Shown: positions 41,856 to 52,559 of the stretch, in pieces
Layout of the letters: each line of letters begins with the position of its first letter
Position numbering within the stretch: the stretch's first letter is position 1
NCBI GenBank assembly: GCA_963665095.1
Contig: OY762069.1
Location: forward strand, 4,608,001 to 4,672,000
Source: an uncultured Desulfobacter sp.
Lineage (GTDB): Bacteria > Desulfobacterota > Desulfobacteria > Desulfobacterales > Desulfobacteraceae
Length of the DNA stretch: 64,000 bases
Reading direction: 5' to 3'
Program-made: the position numbers and the translations under genes
Notes under the pieces: model-generated
What the model was told of the DNA's origin: nothing
What the model saw: only the letters and a program-made list of their open reading frames with translations
Database searches by the model: none

Positions 41856-44618
41856 ATGGAGAAGAACATTTTAACGCTTAATGAAAACCGATTGGAATTC
41901 ATTCCGGGCGAAACCATTCTGGATGTTGCCAATAGGAATAAAATAGATATTCCCACCCTGTGCCATCTTGCAAACACCACACCCACCAAAACCTGCGGTA
42001 TCTGTGTGGTTGAAATAGAAGGCCAGAAGGATCTGGTCGAGTCCTGCGCCACCCAGGCCCGGGACGGTATGGTCATTTTTTCAGAATCCTTAAAGGTTGT
42101 GGCCAGAAGAAAACAGATACTTTCAGACATGCTCGCAAAGGGCAATCACAACTGTGCCATCCGTGTCATGGAAGCGGATGAATGGACCGATTTCCAGATG
42201 GATGTCCATGCGGACGAGGGCAAGCAGGCCCTTTGCCCGGTATGGGGGGATTGTGAACTCCAGAATCTGGCCTACCGGTATCAGGTCCGGGTCAGCCATA
42301 TGCCCCAGCAGGCCTGTGTTCATGAGACAGAACGGGTCAATCCCTTTATTATCAGGGATTTTTCAAGATGTATCCTGTGCGGCCGGTGTGTCAAAGCCTG
42401 CCGGGAAATTCAGGTTAACAACGCCATCGAATTTGGCGGTCAAGGAGATGAAATGAAAGTCGTTGCCGGAAATGATGCGCATTTAAAAGACTCAGACTGC
42501 GTCTTTTGCGGAGAATGCATCCAGGCCTGCCCGGTTGGGGCGCTGGTTCCGGAACGTGAGTTCCGTGACGACCGGTTCAAACCCACCAACGTTACCCGCA
42601 CCACCTGCGCGTTCTGCGGGGTGGGCTGCCAGATGGATGTCTATACCCAGGACAATAAAATCGTTAAGATTGACGGTGCAGACCCGGATTTGGCGCCCAA
42701 CAACGCCCGTCTCTGCGTCAAGGGCCGTTTCGGATATGAATTTGTCGGTGCCCCGGATCGTTTAACCACACCGTTGATCAAGAAAAACGGCAAACAGGTC
42801 AAGGCGTCATGGGACGAAGCCCTGGACCTTGTGGCCTCAAAGTTTGCCGAAATCCGTGACAAGAGCGGATCAGACACCATGGGGGTCCTCACCTCAGCCC
42901 GTATGACCAACGAGGACAACTATGCGGCCATGAAATTCACCCGGGCCGTGTTAAAAACAAACAATATAGATCATTGTGCCCGACTGTGACATAGCTCCAC
43001 CGTAGCCGGTCTGGCTGCAGCATTTGGAAGCGGCGCAATGACAAACACCATCGCCGATATTGAAGAAGCAGACGTGATCCTGGTCACAGGATCCAATACA
43101 ACTGAAAACCATCCGGTCCTGTCCACCTTTATTAAACGGGCCGTACTCAAAGGCAAAAAGCTTTATGTGATTGACCCCCGTCGGGTCCGGCTTTCCGACC
43201 ACGCTGAAAAGTGGCTGCGCCCCAATCCGGGTACAGACATTGCCTGGATCAACGGCATGATGAACGTCATCCTGTCTGAAAACCTTCAGGCTCAGTCCTA
43301 TATCGACCAGCGGTGTGAAAACTTTGACGAGCTGAAAGCCATTGTTGAAAAATACACGCCTGAATATGTGGAAGGCTTGACCGGAATTGCCGCAGAAGAC
43401 CTGAAAACTGTAGCAAGAGATTTTGCCAAAGCCGGTGCCGCCTCCATCTGCTACTGTATGGGCATCACCCAGCACACCTGCGGTACGGACAACGTCAAGA
43501 GCCTGGCCAACCTCTCCATGCTCTGCGGTCATTTAGGCAAACCCGGCGGCGGTGTGAATCCGTTGCGCGGACAGAACAACGTCCAGGGCGCCTGTGACAT
43601 GGGGGGGCTTCCCAATGTCTTCACCGCCTATCAGCCTGTGGCCAATGAACAGGCCCGGGCGATCTATGAAGAGGCATGGAATGTCACCGGTCTTTCAGGC
43701 ACCGTAGGGTTTACAGCCACGGAGATGTTCAACAAAGCCCACGACGGCGAGCTGAAATCCCTGTTCATCATCGGGGAAAATCCCATGGTGTCGGACCCGG
43801 ATCTCAACCATGCCCAGAAAGCACTGGAACACCTTGAGTTTTTGGTGGTTCAGGATATTTTTGAGACTGAAACATCCGCTCTGGCCGATGTGGTATTGCC
43901 TGCCTTCTGTTTTGCAGAAAAGGATGGCACCTTTACCAACACAGAAAGACGTGTTCAGCGGGTCAGAAAAGCGGTAGATGCACCTGACGGCGCAAAACAG
44001 GACTGGGAGATCATCTGTGAGATCGCCACCCGCATGGGATACCCCATGTCCTGGGAGAACAGCGAAGCGGTCTTTACAGAGATTACGGCTTTGACGCCGT
44101 CCTACCGGGGCATTACCTGGGACCGCATTGATAAGGTTGGGCTTTTCTGGCCCTGCCCGGATGCCGAACATCCTGGCACCCCAATTCTGCACACCAAGGT
44201 GTTCACCAGGGGCAAAGGCATGTTCCACGCCATTGACCACAGGCCGCCTGCAGAAGAGCCGGATGAAAAGTATCCCTTTATCCTCACCACCGGCCGGGTG
44301 CTTTATCACTACCACACAGGTACCATGACCATGCGCACCGCAGGTCTGAACACCCTGTCTCCGGAGTGCTTTGTGGAGATTTCCGGAAGCGATGCCAAAA
44401 AGATCGGCGTGGAAAATGGAAAGATGGTCAATGTCTTCTCCCGCAGGGGTAAAATCAAAGCCCGGCTCCAGGTATCGGAAAAAGCTGTGGACGGCACCAT
44501 TTTCATCCCGTTCCACTTTGCCGGCGCCGCTGCCAACAGGCTGACCAATGCAGAACTTGATCCCACAGCCAAAATCCCGGAATTTAAGGTCTGTGCCATC
44601 AACATAGAAGCAGCATAA
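41856..44618 (+). CDS. fdhF: Selenocysteine formate dehydrogenase alpha subunit, copy 2 (920 aa, Sec at TGA 42987-42989)
   Basis: In frame across IDHCARL-U-HSSTVAGL; same domain layout as copy 1. Confidence 0.93.
42987..43018 (+). promoter_or_regulatory. UGA + bacterial SECIS hairpin (copy 2)
   Basis: GTAGCC-GGTCT-GGCTGC, 12 nt after the TGA; same loop as copy 1 with a different stem. Confidence 0.8.
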
Positions 44619-44641
44619 AAACCACCAGCTAATACTGATTT

Positions 44642-44668
44642 AAAGGGGGACACCATGTCCCCCTTTTT
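44642..44668 (+). terminator. Intrinsic terminator after fdhF copy 2
   Basis: AAAGGGGGACA-CCA-TGTCCCCCTTTTT. Confidence 0.8.
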
Positions 44669-44807
44669 ATTTGCCCCGCCATGGCCAGTCGGTAAAACAG
44701 CGTCATTTTTTTCACCACTCCCAAATAAATTCTATACATTATCATTCGCATGGTTCTTTTGGATTCGGACTAATCCGTAAAAAAGTTGATGAGACCTCCC
44801 AGTTTCC

Positions 44808-44866
44808 TTGACAAATTTTGTTTCTGCATATAGAAACAAATATCTTGTTTCTTTATAAAGAAACGA
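44808..44866 (+). promoter_or_regulatory. trpB2 promoter with two tandem palindromic operators
   Basis: TTGACA at 44808; TTGTTTCT-N6-AGAAAC(A/G)A at 44818-44839 and 44845-44866. Confidence 0.6.
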
Positions 44867-44919
44867 TTTATATATGGCAAACTGATATTCACATGCTTAA
44901 TCCAAAGGAGCCTTGCGAG

Positions 44920-46293
44920 ATGCACAGAAAAATTTTTCTAAGTGAAGATGAGATCCCCCGTCAATGGTATAACCTGGCAGCAGACCTGCCCGGAGCCATC
45001 AATCCGCCTTTAGGCCAGGACGGTAAACCCATCAGCCCGGACATGCTGGCCGCGGTGTTCCCCATGAACCTGATCGAACAGGAGATGTCCCAGGAACGGT
45101 GGATTGACATTCCCGAAGGTATCCTTGATCTGCTTTACAGATGGCGGCCCTCACCTTTGCACCGGGCGATCCATCTGGAAAAAGCCCTGGGAACCCCGGC
45201 CAAGATTTTTTATAAAAATGAAAGCGTCTCCCCTGCCGGCAGCCACAAACCCAATACGGCCGTGGCCCAGGCCTGGTACAATAAAGAGTTCGGTATCAAA
45301 CGGCTGACCACGGAAACCGGGGCCGGCCAGTGGGGATCTGCGCTCTCTTACTCCTGTGCCCTGCTCGGCATGGAGTGCAAGGTGTTCATGGTCCGGGTCA
45401 GTTTTGACCAGAAACCCTTTAGGAAAGTCCTCATGCAGACCTGGGGCGGAGAGTGCATTGCAAGCCCGTCAAACGAAACCCAGGTGGGCAGGGATATTCT
45501 GGGCCAGATGCCGGATACGCCGGGATCTTTGGGTATTGCCATCTCCGAGGCCATTGAAGCGGCGGTCAGCGATGAAACCGGGCAGACCCGCTACTCCCTG
45601 GGTTCCGTTCTTAACCATGTCATGCTGCACCAGACCATTATCGGGCTTGAAGCCAAAAAACAGCTGGAAAAAGCTGGCATTAAAAAGGTGGACACAGTCA
45701 TCGGGTGCGCCGGCGGCGGTTCCAACTTTGCCGGACTCTCCTTTCCCTTTGTCCTGGACAAAATAAACGGCGCAGACATTGAGATCATCCCGGTGGAGCC
45801 GGCCTCCTGTCCCACCCTGACCGCCACGCCCTTCTCCTACGACTTCGGAGATGTGGCCCAGATGACCCCCATGCTGCCCATGCACTCCCTGGGGCACAAA
45901 TTTATTCCGGCTCCCATCCACGCAGGCGGGTTAAGATACCACGGCATGGCCCCGCTGGTATCCCACGCCGTGGAAGCAGGTCTCATGTCCCCCATGGCCA
46001 TCAAACAGCTGGAGTGCTATGAAGCAGGGCTTTTATTTGCCCGCACTGAAGGGCTGCTTGTTGCCCCGGAAACCTGCCATGCCGTGGCCTGCGCCATCCG
46101 CTCCGCCAACCAGGCCAAAGAGGAGGGCAAAGAAAAAACCATCATCTTCAACCTCTCAGGCCATGGCCTCATGGACCTGGCCGGGTATGAAAAATTCATG
46201 GCAGGAGAACTTCAGGATATTGTCATGTCTGCCCAGGATGTGGAAGAATCCAGAAAATTAAGTCTTTCCGGATATCCTGTGCCCAAAATTTAA
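44920..46293 (+). CDS. trpB2: Stand-alone tryptophan synthase beta type 2 (TrpB-like PLP enzyme)
   Basis: [57 protein letters not shown] before ATG 44920. Confidence 0.92.
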   Translation: MHRKIFLSEDEIPRQWYNLAADLPGAINPPLGQDGKPISPDMLAAVFPMNLIEQEMSQERWIDIPEGILDLLYRWRPSPLHRAIHLEKALGTPAKIFYKNESVSPAGSHKPNTAVAQAWYNKEFGIKRLTTETGAGQWGSALSYSCALLGMECKVFMVRVSFDQKPFRKVLMQTWGGECIASPSNETQVGRDILGQMPDTPGSLGIAISEAIEAAVSDETGQTRYSLGSVLNHVMLHQTIIGLEAKKQLEKAGIKKVDTVIGCAGGGSNFAGLSFPFVLDKINGADIEIIPVEPASCPTLTATPFSYDFGDVAQMTPMLPMHSLGHKFIPAPIHAGGLRYHGMAPLVSHAVEAGLMSPMAIKQLECYEAGLLFARTEGLLVAPETCHAVACAIRSANQAKEEGKEKTIIFNLSGHGLMDLAGYEKFMAGELQDIVMSAQDVEESRKLSLSGYPVPKI

Positions 46294-46732
46294 AAAGGAT
46301 ACACCAAAAAAATTATTAAGATTTTCAGCAATACCACCCTGGTCGCCACAGGCTTTAGCATGTTGCGTCTTGTGGCGACCGGTGGCTGTCACCACACCCC
46401 CACCAAACCAACCGTATAAAAAACGGCGGATGTATACAGCAGAGCCGTTCTGATTGCAGCTTTTTCGCCAGTCAAGCAAATTATAATACGGCGATCGTAA
46501 TGAAACATTTGCCTTCCTGCAAAATTTCTGTTTTTATAGTACTATACTCAGGGGCTGCCAGATAAGGTACAGCTGCCAGAAAAACAAATTAAAAATCCGG
46601 CCTATACGAAAAAACTGTAAGCAGCATTGATCCGCCATCGTCCGTTCCAGTCATAGATATGAACTAAAACTGTATTCCAGCTTCACCATTTTCGATAGGG
46701 CAAAAAAAACCTTTAACACTTGAGATGATGTC

Positions 46733-48037
46733 ATGCCATATACATTAATGGACAGGATGCTAGCATTAAGCGACTTGGTCGGACATGCTGATATTGCCTA
46801 CATTGAAGCCGATCGTAAACTCGAAGTTCTTTCGTGGAACAAGGGGGCTGTCAGGGTTTTTGGCTTCAGTGAGGATGATGCCATGAAACAGCATTTGTAT
46901 GAGCTGGTCCCTTTGAGCAAAAGAGAGTTGATAGCATGTGCCGAAACAACGGTTAAGACCTTCGTTCGTACGGACGTCAAAGGCTTCAAGATACCGTATA
47001 TTCTTTATTATTCCCCTATCATGCAGGTAAAAGGTGAAAAATACGGAGTTGCTGTACTGGCAAAGGAAGTCCAGGGAAATGAAAAGGAAAAGGCACAGGT
47101 TGAATGCCAGGATAAGCATTTGGAAGATATCTATGAATTCGCGCCCATGGGCATTTTTCATGTGAACAAACAGGGCAATGTTGTGTCAGCCAACTCCGAA
47201 TATGCCTGGATGCTGGGATATGAGTCTGCAGAAGTGGTTGCCGATCAAATTTCAAATTTTGCAGAACAAACCTTTTACGATCCTGACAAAGCTGAAGAAT
47301 TTATGTTCGGAGTATATGAGGCCGAAGAGGTGATTCGATTCAGGGCCCGTTTAAAGAAAAAGGATGATTCCTTTGTGTGGGCAATGTGTTATGCCAAGGC
47401 CACAAAAGATGAGGATGGCCGGCTAAATGGGTTTAACGGATTTTCCATTGACATCAGCGAGATGGTTCGCACAGAAGATCAGTTGAAAAAGGCCAACGAA
47501 AAATTACAAATGCTCTCCGTTCTGGACGGCCTGACCGGAATTCCCAACAGAAGACGGTTTGATGAATACCTTGAAGCAGAATGGAAGCGGCATTTCCGAG
47601 ATAAAAATCAACTTTCTATTATCATGTGTGATATTGATTTTTTCAAGCTGTATAATGATAATTACGGCCACCAGGCCGGTGACGACTGCCTGATCAAAGT
47701 AGCAGGGACCATTGCCGGCAGCGCCATCCGGGCCTCAGATCTTGCTGCCCGGTACGGCGGTGAGGAGTTTGTGCTTATTCTGCCCAATACCGATGCCGAA
47801 GGCGCCATGACCGTTGCAGAAGAAGTCCGGACCAATGTCCAGACGCTGCAGATTCCCCATGAGCTGTCAAAGGTCAGCAACTATGTCAGCCTGAGCCTTG
47901 GTGTCGCCACCATGGTCCCCGAAGAAGGAGGCTGTGCCGAAGATATCGTTGCCATGGCAGATAAAGCTTTATATAAGGCAAAAGAGAGTGGCAGAAATCG
48001 AAGTATCGGAAGCACCGGAAGACAGAACGATCAATAA
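46733..48037 (+). CDS. PAS-PAS diguanylate cyclase
   Basis: Two PAS-like domains, DGLTG..NRR, RASD I-site, GGEEF. Confidence 0.92.
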   Translation: MPYTLMDRMLALSDLVGHADIAYIEADRKLEVLSWNKGAVRVFGFSEDDAMKQHLYELVPLSKRELIACAETTVKTFVRTDVKGFKIPYILYYSPIMQVKGEKYGVAVLAKEVQGNEKEKAQVECQDKHLEDIYEFAPMGIFHVNKQGNVVSANSEYAWMLGYESAEVVADQISNFAEQTFYDPDKAEEFMFGVYEAEEVIRFRARLKKKDDSFVWAMCYAKATKDEDGRLNGFNGFSIDISEMVRTEDQLKKANEKLQMLSVLDGLTGIPNRRRFDEYLEAEWKRHFRDKNQLSIIMCDIDFFKLYNDNYGHQAGDDCLIKVAGTIAGSAIRASDLAARYGGEEFVLILPNTDAEGAMTVAEEVRTNVQTLQIPHELSKVSNYVSLSLGVATMVPEEGGCAEDIVAMADKALYKAKESGRNRSIGSTGRQNDQ

Positions 48038-48039
48038 TT

Positions 48040-48170
48040 GTGAACTGAGGGGCAATCCCTAAAGACCTTATGAATAATGAGCTGTTCGGCCACGAAAAAG
48101 GGGCGTTTACCGGTGCCGTAACCCTGAGGGCCGTTTTGAACGGGCCGACAAGGGGACTCCTGTTTCTGGC
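48040..48170 (+). pseudogene. Fragment of a sigma54-dependent AAA+ activator
   Basis: [25 protein letters not shown], then frameshifted GRFERADKGT / LFL. Confidence 0.8.
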
Positions 48171-48187
48171 TATCTCAAGATATCGGA

Positions 48188-49573
48188 TTAATCCATTCTT
48201 CGAAAAAACAACTTTGAAAAAGCAGTGTTTATCAAAATTTCTTGTGGATACCCTTTTTCATCCTTCAATATTTTTCCGGTCATGTTCCCAAACACGGAAT
48301 TGTGCATCAGGAACTGATGCCTGTTCTCAAACAGTACAGACATCTCCATGCCATTCAGCCGTCCCTTAATGCAGTGGCCCTTTGCGACCAGGTCGAGTTG
48401 CAGATTTTCACACCGATAGGTTCCGTGGAGTGCGCTTAAGGTCCGCACGTCGGGATTGATGAATTTTTTTTCCTCCAGTTCAGGCAGAATGGCAGGAATG
48501 ATATAGTTTACGAGCATCCCTGAAAACTGAAACTCAAGGATGGAGTTGAAATTGCCTCCCGTAAACACGGCTACCAAATCTAACTCAGGGCTGACGAATA
48601 TAACCTGTCCACCGTTTCCCTGGGCCCAGAAAGCTTCTACCATTTTCCCTGTGACTGACTGCTTCCCTCTCCACCACAAATAGCCGTATTCCATGCCATA
48701 TTCAGAATGGGAATGGCACTGAGTCGCCTTTTTCAACCAGCTTTCCGAAACGATGCGTTGATCGTTCCAGACCCCTTTCATCAGGCACAGTTGACCAACC
48801 TTGGCCATGTCCCGGGGGCGCATGAAGGCATTGCCCGCAAGCCATGCAAGACCTTTTGGAGAATATCCCCATTTAAAAGAATCAATTCCCAAAGGGCCCA
48901 TCAGATTTTTATTCGCGAATTTTTGGACAGACAAACCTGAAGATTTAGACATCATGTAACTCAGAAGAATGAGGCTTGAAGAGTTGTATGCCCAGTGTGT
49001 TCCTGGTCGATGTAACATTGGCAGTGCAAGGGCGAACTCGACCCAGTCATCTGATTGATGCATTGCCTGTTCACATTTAAATTTCTGAGTTTTGTGATCG
49101 TCACATTCAAATCCCGAAGTCATTGTCAACAAAGACTCAATCGTCACGGCCATGGATAGCTCATTCCAGTTCGATGTCCGGTTTTCAAAATAGTTGAAAA
49201 TATGATCGTTAACCCCGGAAAAATATCCCTGGTCTATTGCAATACCGACTAAAACAGAGCCTATTGATTTCGTTGCTGACCTCAGCGGATGAAGTTTTTC
49301 CCTGTCATAGCCATTAAAGTATTCTTCAAGAACCAGCTTTTCATTTTTAATCAACAGGACAGAATGGATATTTGTGAAATACCCCTGCTGGATTGCCTCA
49401 ACCATATCAGCCACAGGGCCTGCCTTGATTCCCACTTGAGACAGAGAAGCAACTTTCCATCCATCTCCTGTTTTCTCTGGAATTTTTGTGGCAGCCCATC
49501 CTTCTGACATTAAATAAAGGAAGAGGATGCAGAATAATCTTATCAGGAAACTGAAAAAATATATTTGAGTCAT
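48188..49573 (-). CDS. Exported serine hydrolase (class C beta-lactamase-like family)
   Basis: SATK (SxxK), LLTMTSG, AYNS, YGYLWW, GNGGQ. Confidence 0.88.
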   Translation of the reverse strand: MTQIYFFSFLIRLFCILFLYLMSEGWAATKIPEKTGDGWKVASLSQVGIKAGPVADMVEAIQQGYFTNIHSVLLIKNEKLVLEEYFNGYDREKLHPLRSATKSIGSVLVGIAIDQGYFSGVNDHIFNYFENRTSNWNELSMAVTIESLLTMTSGFECDDHKTQKFKCEQAMHQSDDWVEFALALPMLHRPGTHWAYNSSSLILLSYMMSKSSGLSVQKFANKNLMGPLGIDSFKWGYSPKGLAWLAGNAFMRPRDMAKVGQLCLMKGVWNDQRIVSESWLKKATQCHSHSEYGMEYGYLWWRGKQSVTGKMVEAFWAQGNGGQVIFVSPELDLVAVFTGGNFNSILEFQFSGMLVNYIIPAILPELEEKKFINPDVRTLSALHGTYRCENLQLDLVAKGHCIKGRLNGMEMSVLFENRHQFLMHNSVFGNMTGKILKDEKGYPQEILINTAFSKLFFRRMD

Positions 49574-49950
49574 TTATTTCCCCGGTCAGGACATATCTTG
49601 AAATAAAATAACCCATTGATAAACAATTACAATAAATCATAGGCCAATCATATTTCGGAAACCTGCCGTTTTAATCTGATGGTGAAGAAGCCTGCGTATT
49701 CGCAATTGAAGCCAGACCTTTATGTTTTAATACCATATTTCGTATTTTTAACACGATATTTTGAATTCCAATATGGAGCTACACATAAATCGTTATAAAA
49801 ACAGATAGTTAAAAACTTCCACACATCTTGAGTTGTATAAATCAGATTACGAAGACCGAAACTTTGTCATAGGTTCGAAGGTTTTCCCGGACAAGAGAAA
49901 TAGTGCAGCAGGCGACTATTTGATTGCTGTTTGCAATAAATAAAAAACCA

Positions 49951-50090
49951 ATGGAGCCGCATGGAGGAGATACACTCCGGAAGTGAAGCATCAGAAAATA
50001 TACTGACCGGCAGGTACCTTATGCCCAGGTGAAGAAACTGCTGGCAGCGGCCATGCAGGCACCCAGAGCGGGAGATAAACGGCCATGGAC
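49951..50090 (+). pseudogene. N-terminal nitroreductase remnant
   Basis: LRK*SIRKYTDRQVPYAQVKKLLAAAMQAPRAGDKRPW resembles RRSIRKY...AAM.APSA.N.QPW. Confidence 0.7.
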
Positions 50091-50189
50091 CGGCTTGACC
50101 AGACAGAGATCCATCACAACGCATGGGAGCAACGAGTCTGATATCCGGGTTTTTCCTTGACAATTTAGCCGCTCTCTTTGATAAAGAAC

Positions 50190-50347
50190 AGGTCCGGGTG
50201 CCGTTTGTGCCGAACAGGGAACCCTGTGAAAATCAGGGGCGGACCCGCCGCTGTAACTGGGGACTAAGCCGCAAAGATCCACTGTGATGCAATATCATGG
50301 GAAGGGGCGGTCAGGTGTGATCCAGAAGTCAGAAGACCTGCCCGGAT
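50190..50347 (+). ncRNA. Cobalamin riboswitch
   Basis: GGTG...AACAGGGAA-CCCTGTGAAAATCAGGG-GCGG-ACCCGCCGCTGTAA...CCACTG...TGGGAAGG...AAGTCAGAAGACCTGCC (B12 box); upstream of corrinoid uptake genes; TTGACA at 50157. Confidence 0.95.
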
Positions 50348-50404
50348 GAAGGAGTGCTTTCTGTGGAAAAGAAAGTACTTAAGGTATCCAGGAGAAAAAA
50401 GGGG

Positions 50405-50453
50405 ATCCCCGGGATCAAAACCGCTTAACACAGCATTGATCCCGGGGATTTTT
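50405..50453 (+). terminator. Riboswitch expression-platform terminator
   Basis: 14-bp stem ATCCCCGGGATCAA / TTGATCCCGGGGAT followed by a T run. Confidence 0.7.
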
Positions 50454-50496
50454 CGTCGGGTCAAGCCAAACAGTTTTCCAGTTGAAAGGAAAAAGG

Positions 50497-52554
50497 ATGC
50501 GCTTGGATTTACAGACGCTTCGCCGGCACGGCATACTTCTATCGTGCTATATTTTAAGTTTTTTATTAATCACTTTTTTTCCGGTTCTGGTTTATCCGGC
50601 TTTGGCCGCCAAGGTTCAGGTCACGGACAGTACCGGAACGGTTTTAACCTTTGACAAACCGCCGTCGCGCATTGTCAGCCTGGTGCCCACGGCCTCGGAA
50701 GTTCTTGTGGCCATTGGTGCCAAAAATCTTCTCAAAGGGGACACCTACCATGATGTGACCCTTGAAGGATCGGACAACCGCGAAGTGGTGGGCGGATTTT
50801 TCAATCCATCCACCGCCCATGTCCTTAAAGCCCATCCAGACCTGTTGATCGCATCGTCGCTTCACAGCCGCCTCCTTGACGATATTAAACAGTCGGGAAT
50901 TCCCGTTTTTATATACGGAACAGGACCTCTGGACCAGGCCTGGGAGATGATGCAGGTTTTAGGCAGGATTACAGGCCATGAGAAAGAGGCTGAAGACCTG
51001 GTGAAAAAAAACAGGGATGAACTGGCCCATGTCAAAGCAAAACTGGCCAAAGCAAACATAACACCCAAACGGGTGATCCGCCTCATGGGCCGGGATACCA
51101 TCAACACGCCGGGACCGGACTCATTCCAGGCAGACATGATCCGGGCGGCCGGAGGAACTCCGCCGGATTTCGGCAAAACCGGCAAGATCGTCCCTGTAAC
51201 CCTTGAAGAGTGGACCGCCTTTAACCCTGAAGTGATTTACGGATGCGGGGACGATAAAAAGGCGGCAGAGAAATTTTTCTCCATGCCGGGCTGGAAAGAT
51301 GTGGATGCGGTGAAAAACCACCAGATCTTTTATCTTCCCTGTAATCTGACCTGCAGGGCGTCTGTGCACACCGGCGCGTTTGCGGCCTATCTTTCTTCCC
51401 TGGTTTATACCGCAGAGTTTGCCAAAGCATCCAATGACGTTCATCCGGCAGGCATTATTGATGAAAAGCCGTTGTACCGGGATATCCGTGAAAACCTGCC
51501 CTATGTCAAAAAGGCCGCCATTATTAATGCTTACGTTTTTGACTATCCCAACAAGACACTTATGGTGGATCTGAAACACCCCATGACGGTTCTCTCCACC
51601 CTGGAAGGCTGGCGGGACAACATCACATCCGTGAGCAACCACTACACCCCGCCGCCCACCTGGATGCCGGGGCATATGCGGGGCATCAACGCCATTAATA
51701 AAAACATCCTCAATGCCCTGGGCAAAAAGAAAGAAACCACCTCTTTGCTTATGACAGGGGCGGACATGGGCAATCTCTCCATCCAGACCCAGACCTTTAA
51801 GGAGATGACCGTAACAGCCCTGGTAACAGCCGGCGTGATCTCCAATGCCGTGCGCATGAGTGAAGATGAGGGGATGTATTATGAACCCGGCACCATTAAC
51901 ATCATCATCCTGCCCAACATGCACCTGACCCACAGGGCCATGTCCCGGGCCATTATTTCCGTCACCGAAGCCAAAACAGCTGCACTGCAGGACCTGGACA
52001 TCCGGTCCGCCTATACCGGCGCAAAAAATCCTGCCACCGGCACCGGCACGGACAATGTCCTGGTGGTGGAAGGTGAAGGAACAGTCATTGACAATGCCGG
52101 CGGTCACAGCAAAATGGGGGAACTTATTGCACGGGCCGTCTATGCCGGGGTTAGAGATGCCGTTAAAAAGCAGAACGGTGTGCTGGGAGGCCGCCACGTA
52201 ATCCAGCGGCTCAAGGAGCGCAAAATAAACATTTACGGCCTTACCTCGGGTGCCCAGTGTGACTGCCAGGAGAAAAAAAGCGAGTTCTCGGCCATGGTGG
52301 AGTATCTGCTGCTCAATCCTGAAATCGACGGATTCATGGAAGCGGCCTTAAGCCTGAGCGATGCCTATGAAAGCGGCAAGCTGACAGATCTGAGTGCGTT
52401 TAACCTGTGGTGTGGACAGATGGTGGAAACTATTGCAGGCCAGCCCGCAGAACCCAGGGAAATGATCCAGGACGAAAAGATGCCTGTGGTCCTTAAAAAA
52501 GCGCTGAATGCCATTATGACCGGGGCAAAACTCAGAATCGCCGAGGAGAACTGA
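50497..52554 (+). CDS. cbiZ: BtuF-like binding domain fused to adenosylcobinamide amidohydrolase
   Basis: RIVSLVPT.SE binding-protein domain; LLMTGA, VTAGV.SNA, GTINII, TEAKTAAL, ATGTGTD (CbiZ motifs). Confidence 0.88.
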   Translation: MRLDLQTLRRHGILLSCYILSFLLITFFPVLVYPALAAKVQVTDSTGTVLTFDKPPSRIVSLVPTASEVLVAIGAKNLLKGDTYHDVTLEGSDNREVVGGFFNPSTAHVLKAHPDLLIASSLHSRLLDDIKQSGIPVFIYGTGPLDQAWEMMQVLGRITGHEKEAEDLVKKNRDELAHVKAKLAKANITPKRVIRLMGRDTINTPGPDSFQADMIRAAGGTPPDFGKTGKIVPVTLEEWTAFNPEVIYGCGDDKKAAEKFFSMPGWKDVDAVKNHQIFYLPCNLTCRASVHTGAFAAYLSSLVYTAEFAKASNDVHPAGIIDEKPLYRDIRENLPYVKKAAIINAYVFDYPNKTLMVDLKHPMTVLSTLEGWRDNITSVSNHYTPPPTWMPGHMRGINAINKNILNALGKKKETTSLLMTGADMGNLSIQTQTFKEMTVTALVTAGVISNAVRMSEDEGMYYEPGTINIIILPNMHLTHRAMSRAIISVTEAKTAALQDLDIRSAYTGAKNPATGTGTDNVLVVEGEGTVIDNAGGHSKMGELIARAVYAGVRDAVKKQNGVLGGRHVIQRLKERKINIYGLTSGAQCDCQEKKSEFSAMVEYLLLNPEIDGFMEAALSLSDAYESGKLTDLSAFNLWCGQMVETIAGQPAEPREMIQDEKMPVVLKKALNAIMTGAKLRIAEEN

Positions 52555-52559
52555 TCCTA

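Noticed and set aside
42985..42995. TGTGACATAGC at the Sec codon matching the upstream operator half-site
   Set aside because: Explained by the Leu-Sec-His-Ser codons; probably coincidence.
36240..44618. Four separate or pseudogenised fdh ORFs as in the track
   Set aside because: The stops are in-frame TGA codons at the Sec position with SECIS hairpins, so there are two intact genes.
46335..46386. Hairpin after trpB2 as a c-di-GMP riboswitch
   Set aside because: Lacks the GCAAAC / GNRA / receptor layout; more likely a terminator-like stem.
49984..49986. In-frame TGA in the nitroreductase remnant as selenocysteine
   Set aside because: It falls at a conserved Arg position (likely CGA to TGA), and similarity ends about 35 codons later.
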